From positions 71,628 to 135,627 of the forward strand of contig CAVGAA010000001.1 of the NCBI GenBank assembly GCA_963627065.1: a DNA stretch of 64,000 bases, written 5' to 3'. Position numbers and translations under genes: made by a program. Below, piece after piece: positions 19,790 to 29,581 of this stretch. This stretch comes from a bacterium (lineage in GTDB: Bacteria > Bacillota > Clostridia > Oscillospirales > CAG-272). Position 1 is the first letter of the stretch; each line of letters starts with the position of its first letter. The notes under the pieces are model-generated. The model ran no database searches and was not told where the DNA came from. It saw only the letters and a program-made list of their open reading frames with translations.

Positions 19790-20505
19790 GTACCATTGAA
19801 CTGCAACTCGAAGAAAAAGTCGATTACTTTACCCGTGAGGCATTCAACACCCTGCGTACGAACGTGCTGTTCAGCGGAAGGGATGTCAAAGTCATTCTCA
19901 TTACCAGTTGTATGGCTCACGAAGGAAAATCCACCATTTCGTTCGAACTTTCAAAAAGTCTTGCGGAATGCGGAAAGAAAGTTCTCTTCATCGATGCCGA
20001 TTTGAGAAAGTCAGTCTTTGCCGCCCGTTATTCCAAAACAAAAGGATTGTCGGGACTCAGCCAATACCTCTCCGGTCAAGTCACCCTCGATGATGTTCTT
20101 TTCTCCACACAGATTCCCAACTTTGACATTATTTTCTCCGGACCGTTTCCGCCGAACCCTGCGGAATTGATCGGAAACACGATCTTTGCAGACCTGCTGA
20201 AAACGCAAAAAGAGGTCTACGATTATGTCATCATCGATGCTCCTCCGCTCGGAATGGTCATCGATGCATCGGTTATGTCTTCTTTCTGTGACGGTGCAAT
20301 TTTCGTTATCAACTCCGGAACGGTTAAATACCGTATGGCACAGAACGTTGCCGATCAAATTCGTCGCAGTGGATGCAGATTACTCGGTGTTGTCCTGAAC
20401 GACATCGGTCGCAACGGAAAGAACAAGTCCGGAAAATACTATAAAGGTTATTATCACTACGCATACGGTGACGGCAAGTACGAATCCGCTACGGACAAGA
20501 AATAA
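19786..20505 (+). CDS. BY-kinase (CpsD/YwqD-type tyrosine autokinase)
   Basis: Walker A ITSCMAHEGKST, then FIDADLRK and IIDAPP. The C-terminal Tyr cluster is KYYKGYYHYAYGDGKY. Confidence 0.85.
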   Translation: MSTIELQLEEKVDYFTREAFNTLRTNVLFSGRDVKVILITSCMAHEGKSTISFELSKSLAECGKKVLFIDADLRKSVFAARYSKTKGLSGLSQYLSGQVTLDDVLFSTQIPNFDIIFSGPFPPNPAELIGNTIFADLLKTQKEVYDYVIIDAPPLGMVIDASVMSSFCDGAIFVINSGTVKYRMAQNVADQIRRSGCRLLGVVLNDIGRNGKNKSGKYYKGYYHYAYGDGKYESATDKK

Positions 20506-20527
20506 TCGAAAAGGTACATTTGAAAAT

Positions 20528-20555
20528 AGGCGATCGTGAACCGGTCGCCTTTTTG
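20528..20555 (+). terminator. Rho-independent terminator after the BY-kinase gene
   Basis: AGGCGATCG...CGGTCGCCT hairpin followed by TTTTT. Confidence 0.55.
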
Positions 20556-20589
20556 AAACTTATGCATAAAATGAAAAGGAGTGTATAAT

Positions 20590-21120
20590 ATGAATATCTG
20601 GCATGACATCAACCCCGAGCAGATTACACCGGAAGATTTTACAGCCGTAATCGAAATTCCGAAGGGGAGCAAATGCAAATACGAACTCGACAAATATACG
20701 GGACTTCTGCGATTGGACCGTATTCTGTACACATCAACCCACTATCCGGCAAACTACGGTTTCATTCCACGCACGCAGGCAGACGACGGAGATCCGCTTG
20801 ACGTTCTGGTGCTGTGTTCCGAGCCGATTTACCCCATGACTTTGATTCGTGTCTACCCAATAGGCGTTATGCGTATGATTGACAGCGGAAAAATGGACGA
20901 TAAAATCATCGCTGTTCCGTTTTCCGATCCGACCTACCTCAATATCCGCTCGATCGATGACCTGCCACCGCACATTTTTGACGAAATTCTGCACTTTTTC
21001 TCGGTTTACAAGCAACTTGAAAATAAGCAAACCGATGTCAAAAGTCTTTTCGGACCGACCGAAGCCGTCGCAATCGTCAAACAGGCAATCGAGGACTACC
21101 ATAAAAAATTCAATCGCTAA
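20590..21120 (+). CDS. ppa: Inorganic pyrophosphatase (family I)
   Basis: IEIPKGSKCKYELD...YPANYGFIPRTQADDGDPLDVLV. AAGGAG SD is 8 nt upstream. Confidence 0.9.
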   Translation: MNIWHDINPEQITPEDFTAVIEIPKGSKCKYELDKYTGLLRLDRILYTSTHYPANYGFIPRTQADDGDPLDVLVLCSEPIYPMTLIRVYPIGVMRMIDSGKMDDKIIAVPFSDPTYLNIRSIDDLPPHIFDEILHFFSVYKQLENKQTDVKSLFGPTEAVAIVKQAIEDYHKKFNR

Positions 21121-21143
21121 AATTTTCCAACGGTTTACAAAAA

Positions 21144-21169
21144 AGCGGTCCTGTTTCGGCAGAACCGCT
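21144..21169. terminator. Bidirectional hairpin between ppa and the exonuclease gene
   Basis: AGCGGTCCTG/CAGAACCGCT stem with one mismatch, flanked by A-rich and T-rich runs. Confidence 0.45.
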
Positions 21170-21174
21170 TCATT

Positions 21175-21858
21175 TTATTGCTCTTTTTTGGTTTCGGCAT
21201 TTGTATGTTTTTCCGATGCTTTTTTGCGAGGTCTACGTCGCCAATACCAACGGCGTTTTTCGTTCCTCGGTTCTTTCTTTTCCGGCATCTGCATCGAATC
21301 GACCAAAGCGGAGGCAAACATTTTTTTAATCTCTTTCGCCTCGATTCCGTGCTTTTCGCAAATCGCACGCAATAACATCATCGTCGCATACGCATCTCCG
21401 TCACTACGGTGCCGGTTCGAAGGATCAATGCCGGTATAGGCACGCACATAGCCGTCCAAACCGTGAGCCTCGGGGTAGTCCGCAAGTATTTTACAAACTT
21501 TTTCAAGGTCCAGACAACGAAATGCAATCGGTGCAAGTTCATACCGCTCGCAGGCACGGCGAAGTGCGGTCGTATCGTTTTTGACCGCAAACCCGACCAC
21601 AAGATCTGCTTTTTCAATCAGTTTTTTGATGCGTTTGTAATATGCGGAGAAAACCGAAGCCGACTGCACCGTCGCCATGGAATATGCAAGAATGTGCCTC
21701 TGCACATAATCGTTCCATTTGCAATCGGGGTTGATGAGCAAATCGGTTTGCGGTTCAATCAGTTTGAAACCGCCGTTCGTCACGACATAACCGAAAGAGT
21801 AAACCGAACCCGGAATTTTTCCGTTCGCAAACTCCATATCGAAAAAAAGAATCTTCAT
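21175..21858 (-). CDS. DEDD-type 3'-5' exonuclease (DnaQ-like) with a basic C-terminal tail
   Basis: FFDMEFA (Exo I), FAVKNDTTAL (Exo II) and HRSDGDAYAT (Exo III). Confidence 0.7.
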   Translation of the reverse strand: MKILFFDMEFANGKIPGSVYSFGYVVTNGGFKLIEPQTDLLINPDCKWNDYVQRHILAYSMATVQSASVFSAYYKRIKKLIEKADLVVGFAVKNDTTALRRACERYELAPIAFRCLDLEKVCKILADYPEAHGLDGYVRAYTGIDPSNRHRSDGDAYATMMLLRAICEKHGIEAKEIKKMFASALVDSMQMPEKKEPRNEKRRWYWRRRPRKKASEKHTNAETKKEQ

Positions 21859-21968
21859 AAGACCTGCCTATTGAAAGTTTTTTTGCAAAAGCCCTTTACA
21901 AACGGGCATTTTTGTGGTATGATAAAAGAGCAAAAACGAGCAATATCACGCAGAAAGGTTGTAACAAG

Positions 21969-22733
21969 ATGTATAAATGTGAAAGAGAAGACGAAATTCT
22001 CACAATTTTGGGTGAAACCGAATACGCAACCGTTGAATATTTATCACGGAAAATGAAAATCAGCCCGTCAAGCATCCGCCGAGACCTCAAAAATTTGGAG
22101 GAAAGGGGACTGGTACAACGCAGTTACGGCGGAGTCAAAATCACGCAGACCAGCGGTCGCCACATTCCGTTTTCCCTGCGTAGCCACGAAAACAGCATTC
22201 AAAAAAAACAGATTGCCCACACCGCAATGTCCTTCATTGCCCCGGGTGACATTGTCTTTCTGGACGGTTCTTCGACTGCATTCTTTACGGCGGAACTCCT
22301 GCCGTCCGTCAGCGGTGTGACCGTTATCACAAACAGCATTGATGCCATGGCGTGTCTTTCAGGTTATGATGTTAAAGCCTATTGCACCGGCGGACAGGTA
22401 TCATCCGAAAACCGTGCCGTATTGGTCGGCGGTTACGCACAGAATTTCGTGTCGCAGATCCATGCGGATGTGGTGCTGTTTTCGGTTCAGGCTCTGACCG
22501 CAGACGGAAATTTTTATGACTGTTATGCCGAAGAAGTCGCCGTCCGTAATATTATGTTGCGGAACGCAAGACGAAAAATTCTCCTCATCGATTCGAGCAA
22601 ACTCGGCAGACCGTCAACTTTTTATCAGGGGAATGTCAAAGACCTTGACTATGTGGTCAGCGACCGTGATTTATACGGCTTCTTTACCGATCCGATGCCC
22701 GAAAAATACGTTTTGGTATCGCAGAATCGGTAA
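21969..22733 (+). CDS. DeoR-family transcriptional regulator
   Basis: N-terminal HTH (ATVEYLSRKMKISPSSIRRDLKNLEERGLV) followed by a DeoR C-terminal sensor domain. Confidence 0.85.
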   Translation: MYKCEREDEILTILGETEYATVEYLSRKMKISPSSIRRDLKNLEERGLVQRSYGGVKITQTSGRHIPFSLRSHENSIQKKQIAHTAMSFIAPGDIVFLDGSSTAFFTAELLPSVSGVTVITNSIDAMACLSGYDVKAYCTGGQVSSENRAVLVGGYAQNFVSQIHADVVLFSVQALTADGNFYDCYAEEVAVRNIMLRNARRKILLIDSSKLGRPSTFYQGNVKDLDYVVSDRDLYGFFTDPMPEKYVLVSQNR

Positions 22734-22739
22734 AAAACG

Positions 22740-23696
22740 TCATTCACCGAATAAAATTCGGGAAACTTTTTCAAAATTTTCCGGTAACGGGCAGGAAAAA
22801 TGCATTTCCTCATGCGTTCTCGGATGTACAAAGGTCAGTTGTTCCGCATGGAGCATCTGACCTTTTATCAGATTTCCGTGATGCGATTCGAATTTTGTAT
22901 TGTCACCGCCATAGAGCGGATCGCCCAAAAGCGGATGCCCGACAGACGATAAATGCACACGAATTTGGTGTGTCCGTCCGGTTTCGAGCCGACACGAAAG
23001 GAGTGTAAAACGATTTCCGTCACCCTCACCTCGGGAAAGTACCTGCCAATGCGTTACGGCAGGCTTGGCGTGTGCATCGGGAGATGTTAAAACCGCCATT
23101 TTTTTTCGGTCAACGGGATGCCGACCGATAGGGGAATCGACCGTACCGCAATCATCCTTGAAATTTCCGATTGCAATTGCACGGTAAATTCGGCTGATGT
23201 GATGTCCTTCGAGTTGTGCCGAAAGCCCCAAATGCGTTTCGTCATTTTTCGCAACAACCAAAAGCCCGCTTGTGTCCTTGTCGATTCTGTGCACAATCCC
23301 CGGGCGAATGACACCGCCGATTCCCGACAGCGTTCCTTTGCAGTGCCACAAAAGAGCATTGACGAGCGTCCCGTTTGGATTCCCTGGAGCAGGATGCACC
23401 ACCATTCCGACCGGTTTGTTGACGACAATCAAATCATCGTCTTCAAAAACAATATCAAGTGGAATATTTTGCGGAATCGCTTCGGCATTTGTCGCATCGG
23501 GGAGTGAAACGAGGATTTCATCACCGAGTTGCAAACGGTAATTTTTATCTTTTGTAAGTCCTCCGACCGTCACAAAACCGTCCTCAATCAGACGTGCCGA
23601 TGCGGAACGGGAAAGTCCCGTGAGTGTCGACACCGCAACGTCAAGCCGTAAACCGACATCACCGGTTTCTGCAATTTTCGATACCGTATCAGACAT
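22740..23696 (-). CDS. rluD: RluA/RluD-family 23S rRNA pseudouridine synthase
   Basis: S4 domain plus HRIDKDTSGLLVVAK and RTHQIRVH. The start is ambiguous (23696, 23705 or 23723); 23696 overlaps the lspA stop by 8 nt. Confidence 0.9.
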   Translation of the reverse strand: MSDTVSKIAETGDVGLRLDVAVSTLTGLSRSASARLIEDGFVTVGGLTKDKNYRLQLGDEILVSLPDATNAEAIPQNIPLDIVFEDDDLIVVNKPVGMVVHPAPGNPNGTLVNALLWHCKGTLSGIGGVIRPGIVHRIDKDTSGLLVVAKNDETHLGLSAQLEGHHISRIYRAIAIGNFKDDCGTVDSPIGRHPVDRKKMAVLTSPDAHAKPAVTHWQVLSRGEGDGNRFTLLSCRLETGRTHQIRVHLSSVGHPLLGDPLYGGDNTKFESHHGNLIKGQMLHAEQLTFVHPRTHEEMHFSCPLPENFEKVSRILFGE

Positions 23697-24207
23697 TTTC
23701 GTCATGATTTTCCGATTTTCCATCTGATTTTTTTTGTTTTTCCGAGTGATATTCCTTGATAGCGGAGTGAATGAAGAACAAAACCAGCATCACAGCACCG
23801 ATCGACACAAAGGAATCCGCAACATTGAATACGGCAAAATCAATCAGGGTAAAATCGATAAAATCGACAACATATCCTAGAGCAATGCGGTCAATCATGT
23901 TTCCTATGCCACCGCCGACAATGAGAGCCAACGCAGTTTTTACCCATTTGCCCTCACGGCAGAAACCGAAAAGGTAGATCGAAACGCCGACAATTGCGAC
24001 CGTGGAGAGAATCATAAATACCCAGCGGTGATTGCTCAACATTCCGAATGCCGCCCCTTCGTTTTCCACATAGGTGAAGTGGAGAACATTTTTCCACAGA
24101 GGAACGGAACCGATGGGCTCGAGATATTTTACAACCAAGAATTTTGTCAATTGATCCAAACCGACTGCCGACAAAATGATACCTATCAAGATAAATGTCA
24201 CGAGCAT
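23689..24207 (-). CDS. lspA: Lipoprotein signal peptidase II
   Basis: NEGAAFG and FNVADS motifs with four TM segments. ATG at 24207 follows AAGGAG. Confidence 0.9.
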   Translation of the reverse strand: MLVTFILIGIILSAVGLDQLTKFLVVKYLEPIGSVPLWKNVLHFTYVENEGAAFGMLSNHRWVFMILSTVAIVGVSIYLFGFCREGKWVKTALALIVGGGIGNMIDRIALGYVVDFIDFTLIDFAVFNVADSFVSIGAVMLVLFFIHSAIKEYHSEKQKKSDGKSENHDENV

Positions 24208-24242
24208 CGAATTCCGCTCCTTTCCGAGATTTTTCTTCAAAA

Positions 24243-27044
24243 TCAAAGTTCCAAAATTTTACGGCATCTGTCGCAAAGGAATCCGCCGTCATCGGTTTTG
24301 AGTCCTGTCACCGAGTAGGACCAGCAACGGTCGCACTTGCAACCATCGGCAGGGGATACAAGAACGCCGACACCGCTTGTGCCTTCGGTGTGAGCCGATT
24401 CGGGAGCAGTTTCATTCTCAACCGTAACGCCCGAAACAATGAAGACGGTTTTCAGTTCGTCACCGAATTCCGAGAGCAAATTCAGCATATCGGAATCGGT
24501 CGTGTAAAGTGTAACTTTTGCATCGAGCGATTTGCCGACCATTTTATCGGTACGGGCAAGTTCCAAAGCCTTCATCACATCGTCACGCATCTCAAAGAGT
24601 TTGTCCCACTTTGCACGGATTGACGGATAGGTGAGTGCTTCGTCATATTCCGGCAGGGCATTGAGATAAACGCTTTGTGCGTTGTCGATCGAACGGTGCG
24701 GAATTGCCTGCCACATTTCCTCGGCGGTGAATGCCAAAATCGGTGCAATCAGACGAACCAAACCGGACAGAACAAAGTACATAGCGGTCTGTGCGGAACG
24801 ACGGAGGAAACCATCTTTCTTTTCGGTATAAACACGGTCTTTGGTAATGTCAATGTAGAGCTTTGACAAATCGGTCGTGCAGAAATTGTTCACGGCATGA
24901 TAAATCACGTGGAATTCGTAATTGTCATAGCCCTCACGCACGTCTTTTGTTAGGTCGTTCATACGGGAAATCATCCAACGGTCAATCTCGGGCAGTTCGT
25001 TAAACGGAACGGCGTCGGTGTCGGGATTGAAATCGGATGTATCGGCAATGAGAATGCGAACGGTATTGCGGATTTTGCGGTAAGCATCCGACAACTGTTT
25101 GAAAATCGGATCGGACACACGCACATCGACTCTGTAATCGGAGGATGCAACCCACAAACGCACGAGATCCGCACCGTATTTCGGAATGACGTCGGAAGGA
25201 GCAACACTGTTGCCGAGCGATTTGTGCATAGCCTTGCCCTCGCCGTCAACAACCCAACCGTGTGTCAAGACCGTTTTGTAAGGAGCGATCGGCTCTTTAC
25301 CCGCACCGACTGCGGTTAAGAGTGAGGATTGGAACCATCCACGGTACTGGTCTGCACCTTCGAGATACATATCGGCAGGCCATTTCAGGTCGGAATTGTC
25401 GTGCAGAACCGCAAAATGCGAAGAACCTGAGTCGAACCAACCGTCAAGGGTGTTCGTTTCTTTCGTAAAGGTTTTACCGCCACAGCACGGGCAGGCAAAA
25501 TCGGATGGGAGCAAATCTTTTGCGTCCTTTTCATACCAGACATTCGAACCGGACTCAGCAAACGCCTTCGAAACCGCATCAATCGTTTCATCGGTTACGA
25601 CAGGTTTTCCGCAATCCGAGCAGTAGAAGACCGGAATCGGCAAGCCCCAATGGCGTTGACGGGAAATGCACCAGTCGGCACGGTCACGCACCATTTGTTT
25701 GATACGCTCACCGCCCCATTCGGGTAGCCATTCAACCTTTTCGCAAGCCGATACCGCCTCGTCTTTGAAGGCCTCAACCGAGCAGAACCATTGCGGTGTC
25801 GCACGGAAGATAATCGGATTTTTACATCTCCAACAGTGGGGGTATTCGTGAGTCAGTTTTTCGTAAGCGAACAACGCACCGCTTTCCTGCAAATCGGCGA
25901 AAATGGCATCGTTCGATTTTTCATAGTACATTCCGGCAAATTTTCCGGCATCTTCGGTCTGGTAACCTCTGTCGTCGACCGGAACGAGGTCCGGCAGATT
26001 GTAACGACGGCAGGTGACATGGTCGTCCGCACCGAAACCGCCTGCGGTATGCACGCAACCGGTACCGCTGTCCATAGTGACATAATCGGCAACCGTCAGG
26101 AGCGAATCACGGTCAAGGAAGGGGTGCTGTGCCGTCATATATTCGAAATCCTGTCCTTTGAAAGTTGCAACCGTTTCATAGGATTCCACTTTCCCTGCCT
26201 GCATAGTCTTCTCGCAGAGTGCATCGGCAACAACGTAATATTCGCCGTTGTCGGCTTTGACCAGAACATAATCGTCCGCAGGACTCAGGGCAATTGCTTG
26301 GTTGCCGGGGAGTGTCCAAGTCGTAGTCGTCCAAATGATAAAATAAGTCTTCGAAAGGTCGCAAAGATTTGCAAGTTTGCCTTTGTCGTCCTTGACACGG
26401 AACTTGACGTAAATGGACGTGCAGGCATCTGTCTGATATTCGATCTCCGCCTCTGCCAGAGCCGTTTCATCGTGCGGACACCAGTAAACGGGCTTCATGC
26501 CTTTATAAATGTAGCCCCGTTTGTACATCTCACCGAAGACTTTGACTTCTCTGCCTTCAAACGAGCGGTTCATCGTCAAATAGGGGTGTTCCCAGTCGCC
26601 GGTCACGCCCAAACGAATAAACTGTTCTCTCTGACGGTTGACAAAATCCTGTGCGAATTTGTGGCAGGCTTCACGGAATTCCGGAATCGACATCTTTTTG
26701 CGGTCGAGTTTGTTCTGCTTGATGATAGCGGATTCGATAGGCATACCGTGGTTGTCCCACCCGGGGATGTACGGAACACGGTAACCCGCCATGAGCTTGG
26801 ACTTGTTGATGAAATCTTTGAGAATTTTGTTCATCGCCGTGCCCATGTGAATGTTTCCGTTCGAGAAAGGAGGACCGTCATGGAGCATGAAAAGCGGTTT
26901 GCCTTTGCCGTTTTCCTGCATGAGGTTGTAGAGGTCGATCGATTCCCAGTATTTGAGCATTTCAGGCTCTCTCTGCGGTAATCCCGCACGCATCGGGAAA
27001 TCGGTGACGGGGAGATTCAGTGTACTTGTGTAATCCTTTGCCAT
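24243..27044 (-). CDS. ileS: Isoleucine--tRNA ligase
   Basis: HIGH-type NIHMGTAMNK and KMSKS-type KAMHKSLGN, with C-terminal CxxC zinc knuckles (933 aa). Confidence 0.97.
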   Translation of the reverse strand: MAKDYTSTLNLPVTDFPMRAGLPQREPEMLKYWESIDLYNLMQENGKGKPLFMLHDGPPFSNGNIHMGTAMNKILKDFINKSKLMAGYRVPYIPGWDNHGMPIESAIIKQNKLDRKKMSIPEFREACHKFAQDFVNRQREQFIRLGVTGDWEHPYLTMNRSFEGREVKVFGEMYKRGYIYKGMKPVYWCPHDETALAEAEIEYQTDACTSIYVKFRVKDDKGKLANLCDLSKTYFIIWTTTTWTLPGNQAIALSPADDYVLVKADNGEYYVVADALCEKTMQAGKVESYETVATFKGQDFEYMTAQHPFLDRDSLLTVADYVTMDSGTGCVHTAGGFGADDHVTCRRYNLPDLVPVDDRGYQTEDAGKFAGMYYEKSNDAIFADLQESGALFAYEKLTHEYPHCWRCKNPIIFRATPQWFCSVEAFKDEAVSACEKVEWLPEWGGERIKQMVRDRADWCISRQRHWGLPIPVFYCSDCGKPVVTDETIDAVSKAFAESGSNVWYEKDAKDLLPSDFACPCCGGKTFTKETNTLDGWFDSGSSHFAVLHDNSDLKWPADMYLEGADQYRGWFQSSLLTAVGAGKEPIAPYKTVLTHGWVVDGEGKAMHKSLGNSVAPSDVIPKYGADLVRLWVASSDYRVDVRVSDPIFKQLSDAYRKIRNTVRILIADTSDFNPDTDAVPFNELPEIDRWMISRMNDLTKDVREGYDNYEFHVIYHAVNNFCTTDLSKLYIDITKDRVYTEKKDGFLRRSAQTAMYFVLSGLVRLIAPILAFTAEEMWQAIPHRSIDNAQSVYLNALPEYDEALTYPSIRAKWDKLFEMRDDVMKALELARTDKMVGKSLDAKVTLYTTDSDMLNLLSEFGDELKTVFIVSGVTVENETAPESAHTEGTSGVGVLVSPADGCKCDRCWSYSVTGLKTDDGGFLCDRCRKILEL

Positions 27045-27071
27045 TTTATTTTACTCCTGTGGATTGATTTA

Positions 27072-27108
27072 CAAAATAAAAAATCTCACGGCATAGAATG
27101 CCATGAGA
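27072..27108 (-). terminator. T-box terminator hairpin of the ileS leader
   Basis: The minus strand reads TCTCATGGCATTCTATGCCGTGAGA followed by TTTTTTATTTTGT. Confidence 0.8.
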
Positions 27109-27311
27109 CGGAAATTCCGCGGTACCACTCATGTTCGTCCGTGAGGACGCACTTGAACCGTTTTAACGCAACGGGGGACGGGTGAGTCTACTGCCGAAAA
27201 GGGTTCTTTCACCGGTTCGGAAGGGATACCGTGGAAACATCCGTCATGTGCTTGCACCGACCGCACACTCTCTGCGACTTTCGTTTCGGGGCTTCTTCGT
27301 CAAAACCATAC
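27072..27311 (-). promoter_or_regulatory. T-box riboswitch leader (Ile-specific) of ileS
   Basis: The minus strand has AGAGAG, a GGTGCAA distal-loop motif, and the T-box core GAGTGGTACCGCGG (27118-27132) overlapping the terminator 5' arm. An ATC triplet lies in the predicted specifier internal loop. Confidence 0.85.
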
Positions 27312-27317
27312 GTTTTT

Positions 27318-27346
27318 ATTATACCACATCTTTTTTCGATTGTCAA
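27318..27346 (-). promoter_or_regulatory. Sigma-A-type promoter of the ileS T-box leader
   Basis: The minus strand reads TTGACA (27346-27341), a 17-nt spacer, then TATAAT (27323-27318). Confidence 0.7.
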
Positions 27347-27368
27347 GATATTGACGTAAATTCACATG

Positions 27369-27400
27369 GAAAAACGGGAATTTTTTCGAAGAAATTCCCG
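27369..27400 (-). terminator. Rho-independent terminator after the GH127-like gene
   Basis: CGGGAATTT/AAATTCCCG stem. On the minus strand it is followed by TTTTT. Confidence 0.65.
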
Positions 27401-27414
27401 TTTTAACTGCATTT

Positions 27415-29349
27415 TTACCGTATTGCTTCGATTTTCAGGTCACTTCTCCCGTTTTGTAACCAAACGGCACAGGTTGAACGGTTGTCCCAAGTCTTGCCTG
27501 CAGACGAGTAGTCAATCAAGCGGATATTTTTACCGTCAACCGTCGGAAGTTCAACGCAGACCTTCGCATCCGGAATTTCACGATATTCGGTAAATTGTAC
27601 ATCGTTTACAATATTTTCTTTGTCGCAAACAATTTCAAAAGCAGACGCCGGATCTTTTTCGAGTCTTGCATCCGCTCCGAGCATGACCGGCCCCATGCGG
27701 TAGGCTCGGAAATCGGCTTCATTGCAAGAACCTACCGGCGGTTCGACTGCCTGAATTCGCATATCGAGGTTCAACACAACCGTATCGCCGTTTTTCCATT
27801 CACGTGTCACCGACTGATACCCGCAACCGTCAAGTGCAATGTCCTTGTCGTTTACCGTAAGGCTTGTTTGTCCGCTCCATGCGGGAACACGCAAAGTCAA
27901 GGTAAATGTTTCCGTTTTTTCCAATGCCAATGCCATTTTGACAATGCCGTCACGGTAAGGATAACCGGTCTCGGTCGCAATTTTCAGATTTTGTTTTTTT
28001 GGGGTTGGAAGATTGACATATCCTTCGAAATAAAGATTGATAACCGGACCGTTCGCACTGTGCATTACGGCGGATTTCGGAATCATACCGACGCCGGCAG
28101 AACCGATGCAGGCACAGCAACCGTAAAATGTATTGTCCGGCATGACATTGTAACCGCCGACCATTTTTCCACGCTCGTCGGAAACGAGGGGACTGTAACT
28201 GTCAAAAGTCAGAATTTCCGGCATAGGCAGATTTGTGCTTTTCATCGGATTCAGTACATCCGATTGAACCCGACTGAGCGATTTGTTTTCGTGCGTATTG
28301 AGTGCACCGAGATAGGCATTGAAATAGGACTCCTCAATGCAGTCGGCATAAATGGGATTGCCGGAGATGCGGAGAGCCTGCAAGCAAAGTTTCATCCATG
28401 TGACCGTCACACAGGTTTCATGCATAATCCAATAGTGACTGGTTGCCGTCTGTCGGATTGCAGCACCGTCAAACTGCTCCTCGTAACATCCGCAACAGCC
28501 GATGACGCTTTTTTCGACGGTTACAATGCGGTGAGCAAAATTGAGAATCGCCGTTCTCCACTTTTCGATTCTTGTTGCACGGTAATATTCTGCAAGTCCC
28601 TCAAAGCAGGACATCATTTCATAGGCTTTCGTGAGTGGATAACAGAAAGGCGGGCGTTCGTCACGGTAAGCACACTCGAAGATACTTTCGTCTGCCCCCG
28701 AACCACCGCAGTTTACGATATATTCCGCAAAATCGAAATAGGCTTTTTTACCGGTCAGTTTCCAAAGATTCATAACCGGTTCGAGAATGGAGCAGGCACT
28801 CATACCGAGCCATGCATCCGATGTTTTTGTAATTGGGATCCTCCCGATTTTACCGCCGACACGCTGAATGATATAATCGGTATGTTGCATCATGGCATCG
28901 AGAATATTTGTTTTCAAATCCTTTTCGGGACAGATTTCATAAAAGCACTCCAACCCCATTAAAACATATTTGCGACACCACATATCCCAACCGCAAAATT
29001 CAAAGGGCATGGCATAAGTCGAAATTCGTCCGTTCGGTTCAGCGGTAGAAATGATATCAAGAACGCTGTCCCGCAGAACACCGTAAAGTTCTTTGTCGCG
29101 GTTATAGGCGTATACCCATGTCGCACCACGCATCATTTTACCCCAATATTCACCGGACCAGCCAAGTTTTGCATCCGGTTGCAGTCGGTATAGATTGACA
29201 AATTTCTTCCACAGATCGACACGCAGCAACTGGCTTTTCATAATGAATCTGACGGCATCGTCAAAAGCCTTACCGAAATTGCAATCGGTCACATTTTCCG
29301 TGTAGAGAACATCGGTAAAATCTTTGTCATGCAGAAACTCTGTTTTCAT
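27415..29349 (-). CDS. DUF1680 / GH127-GH146-like six-hairpin glycosidase (beta-L-arabinofuranosidase-like)
   Basis: About 644 aa with no signal peptide. MHETCVTVTW and YGCCACIGS resemble the Glu/Cys zinc-site motifs recalled for GH127. Start taken at MKTEFLHD (29349). Confidence 0.6.
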   Translation of the reverse strand: MKTEFLHDKDFTDVLYTENVTDCNFGKAFDDAVRFIMKSQLLRVDLWKKFVNLYRLQPDAKLGWSGEYWGKMMRGATWVYAYNRDKELYGVLRDSVLDIISTAEPNGRISTYAMPFEFCGWDMWCRKYVLMGLECFYEICPEKDLKTNILDAMMQHTDYIIQRVGGKIGRIPITKTSDAWLGMSACSILEPVMNLWKLTGKKAYFDFAEYIVNCGGSGADESIFECAYRDERPPFCYPLTKAYEMMSCFEGLAEYYRATRIEKWRTAILNFAHRIVTVEKSVIGCCGCYEEQFDGAAIRQTATSHYWIMHETCVTVTWMKLCLQALRISGNPIYADCIEESYFNAYLGALNTHENKSLSRVQSDVLNPMKSTNLPMPEILTFDSYSPLVSDERGKMVGGYNVMPDNTFYGCCACIGSAGVGMIPKSAVMHSANGPVINLYFEGYVNLPTPKKQNLKIATETGYPYRDGIVKMALALEKTETFTLTLRVPAWSGQTSLTVNDKDIALDGCGYQSVTREWKNGDTVVLNLDMRIQAVEPPVGSCNEADFRAYRMGPVMLGADARLEKDPASAFEIVCDKENIVNDVQFTEYREIPDAKVCVELPTVDGKNIRLIDYSSAGKTWDNRSTCAVWLQNGRSDLKIEAIR

Positions 29350-29519
29350 AGGTTGATTAACTCCGAAAAGAATATTTGCGGTTGTAATCCCCGCATTTAT
29401 ATTTACATATATTATACACATATTTCACCGGTTTGTAAATTGCAAAAATTGTCTATTTGCGGTCTAAATCGTGCAAAAACGATTATTTTCGAACTTTTTC
29501 GTATTTTGAGCGGTTTTCC

Positions 29520-29548
29520 TTGACAAAAAAACGAAATTATGATATAAT
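29520..29548 (+). promoter_or_regulatory. Sigma-A-type promoter of the DUF4097 lipoprotein gene
   Basis: TTGACA (29520-29525), a 17-nt spacer, then TATAAT (29543-29548). Confidence 0.65.
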
Positions 29549-29581
29549 TAAGATATCTAAACAGTACGGAAAGGAAAAGCA

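Noticed and set aside
24243-29421. Long ORFs antisense to ileS and to the GH127-like gene (for example 25791..26981, 396 aa, and 27595..28962, 455 aa)
   Set aside because: They lie entirely inside strongly supported genes on the other strand, have no SD or promoter, and translate to Arg/Cys/His/Phe-rich strings typical of antisense frames of real genes.
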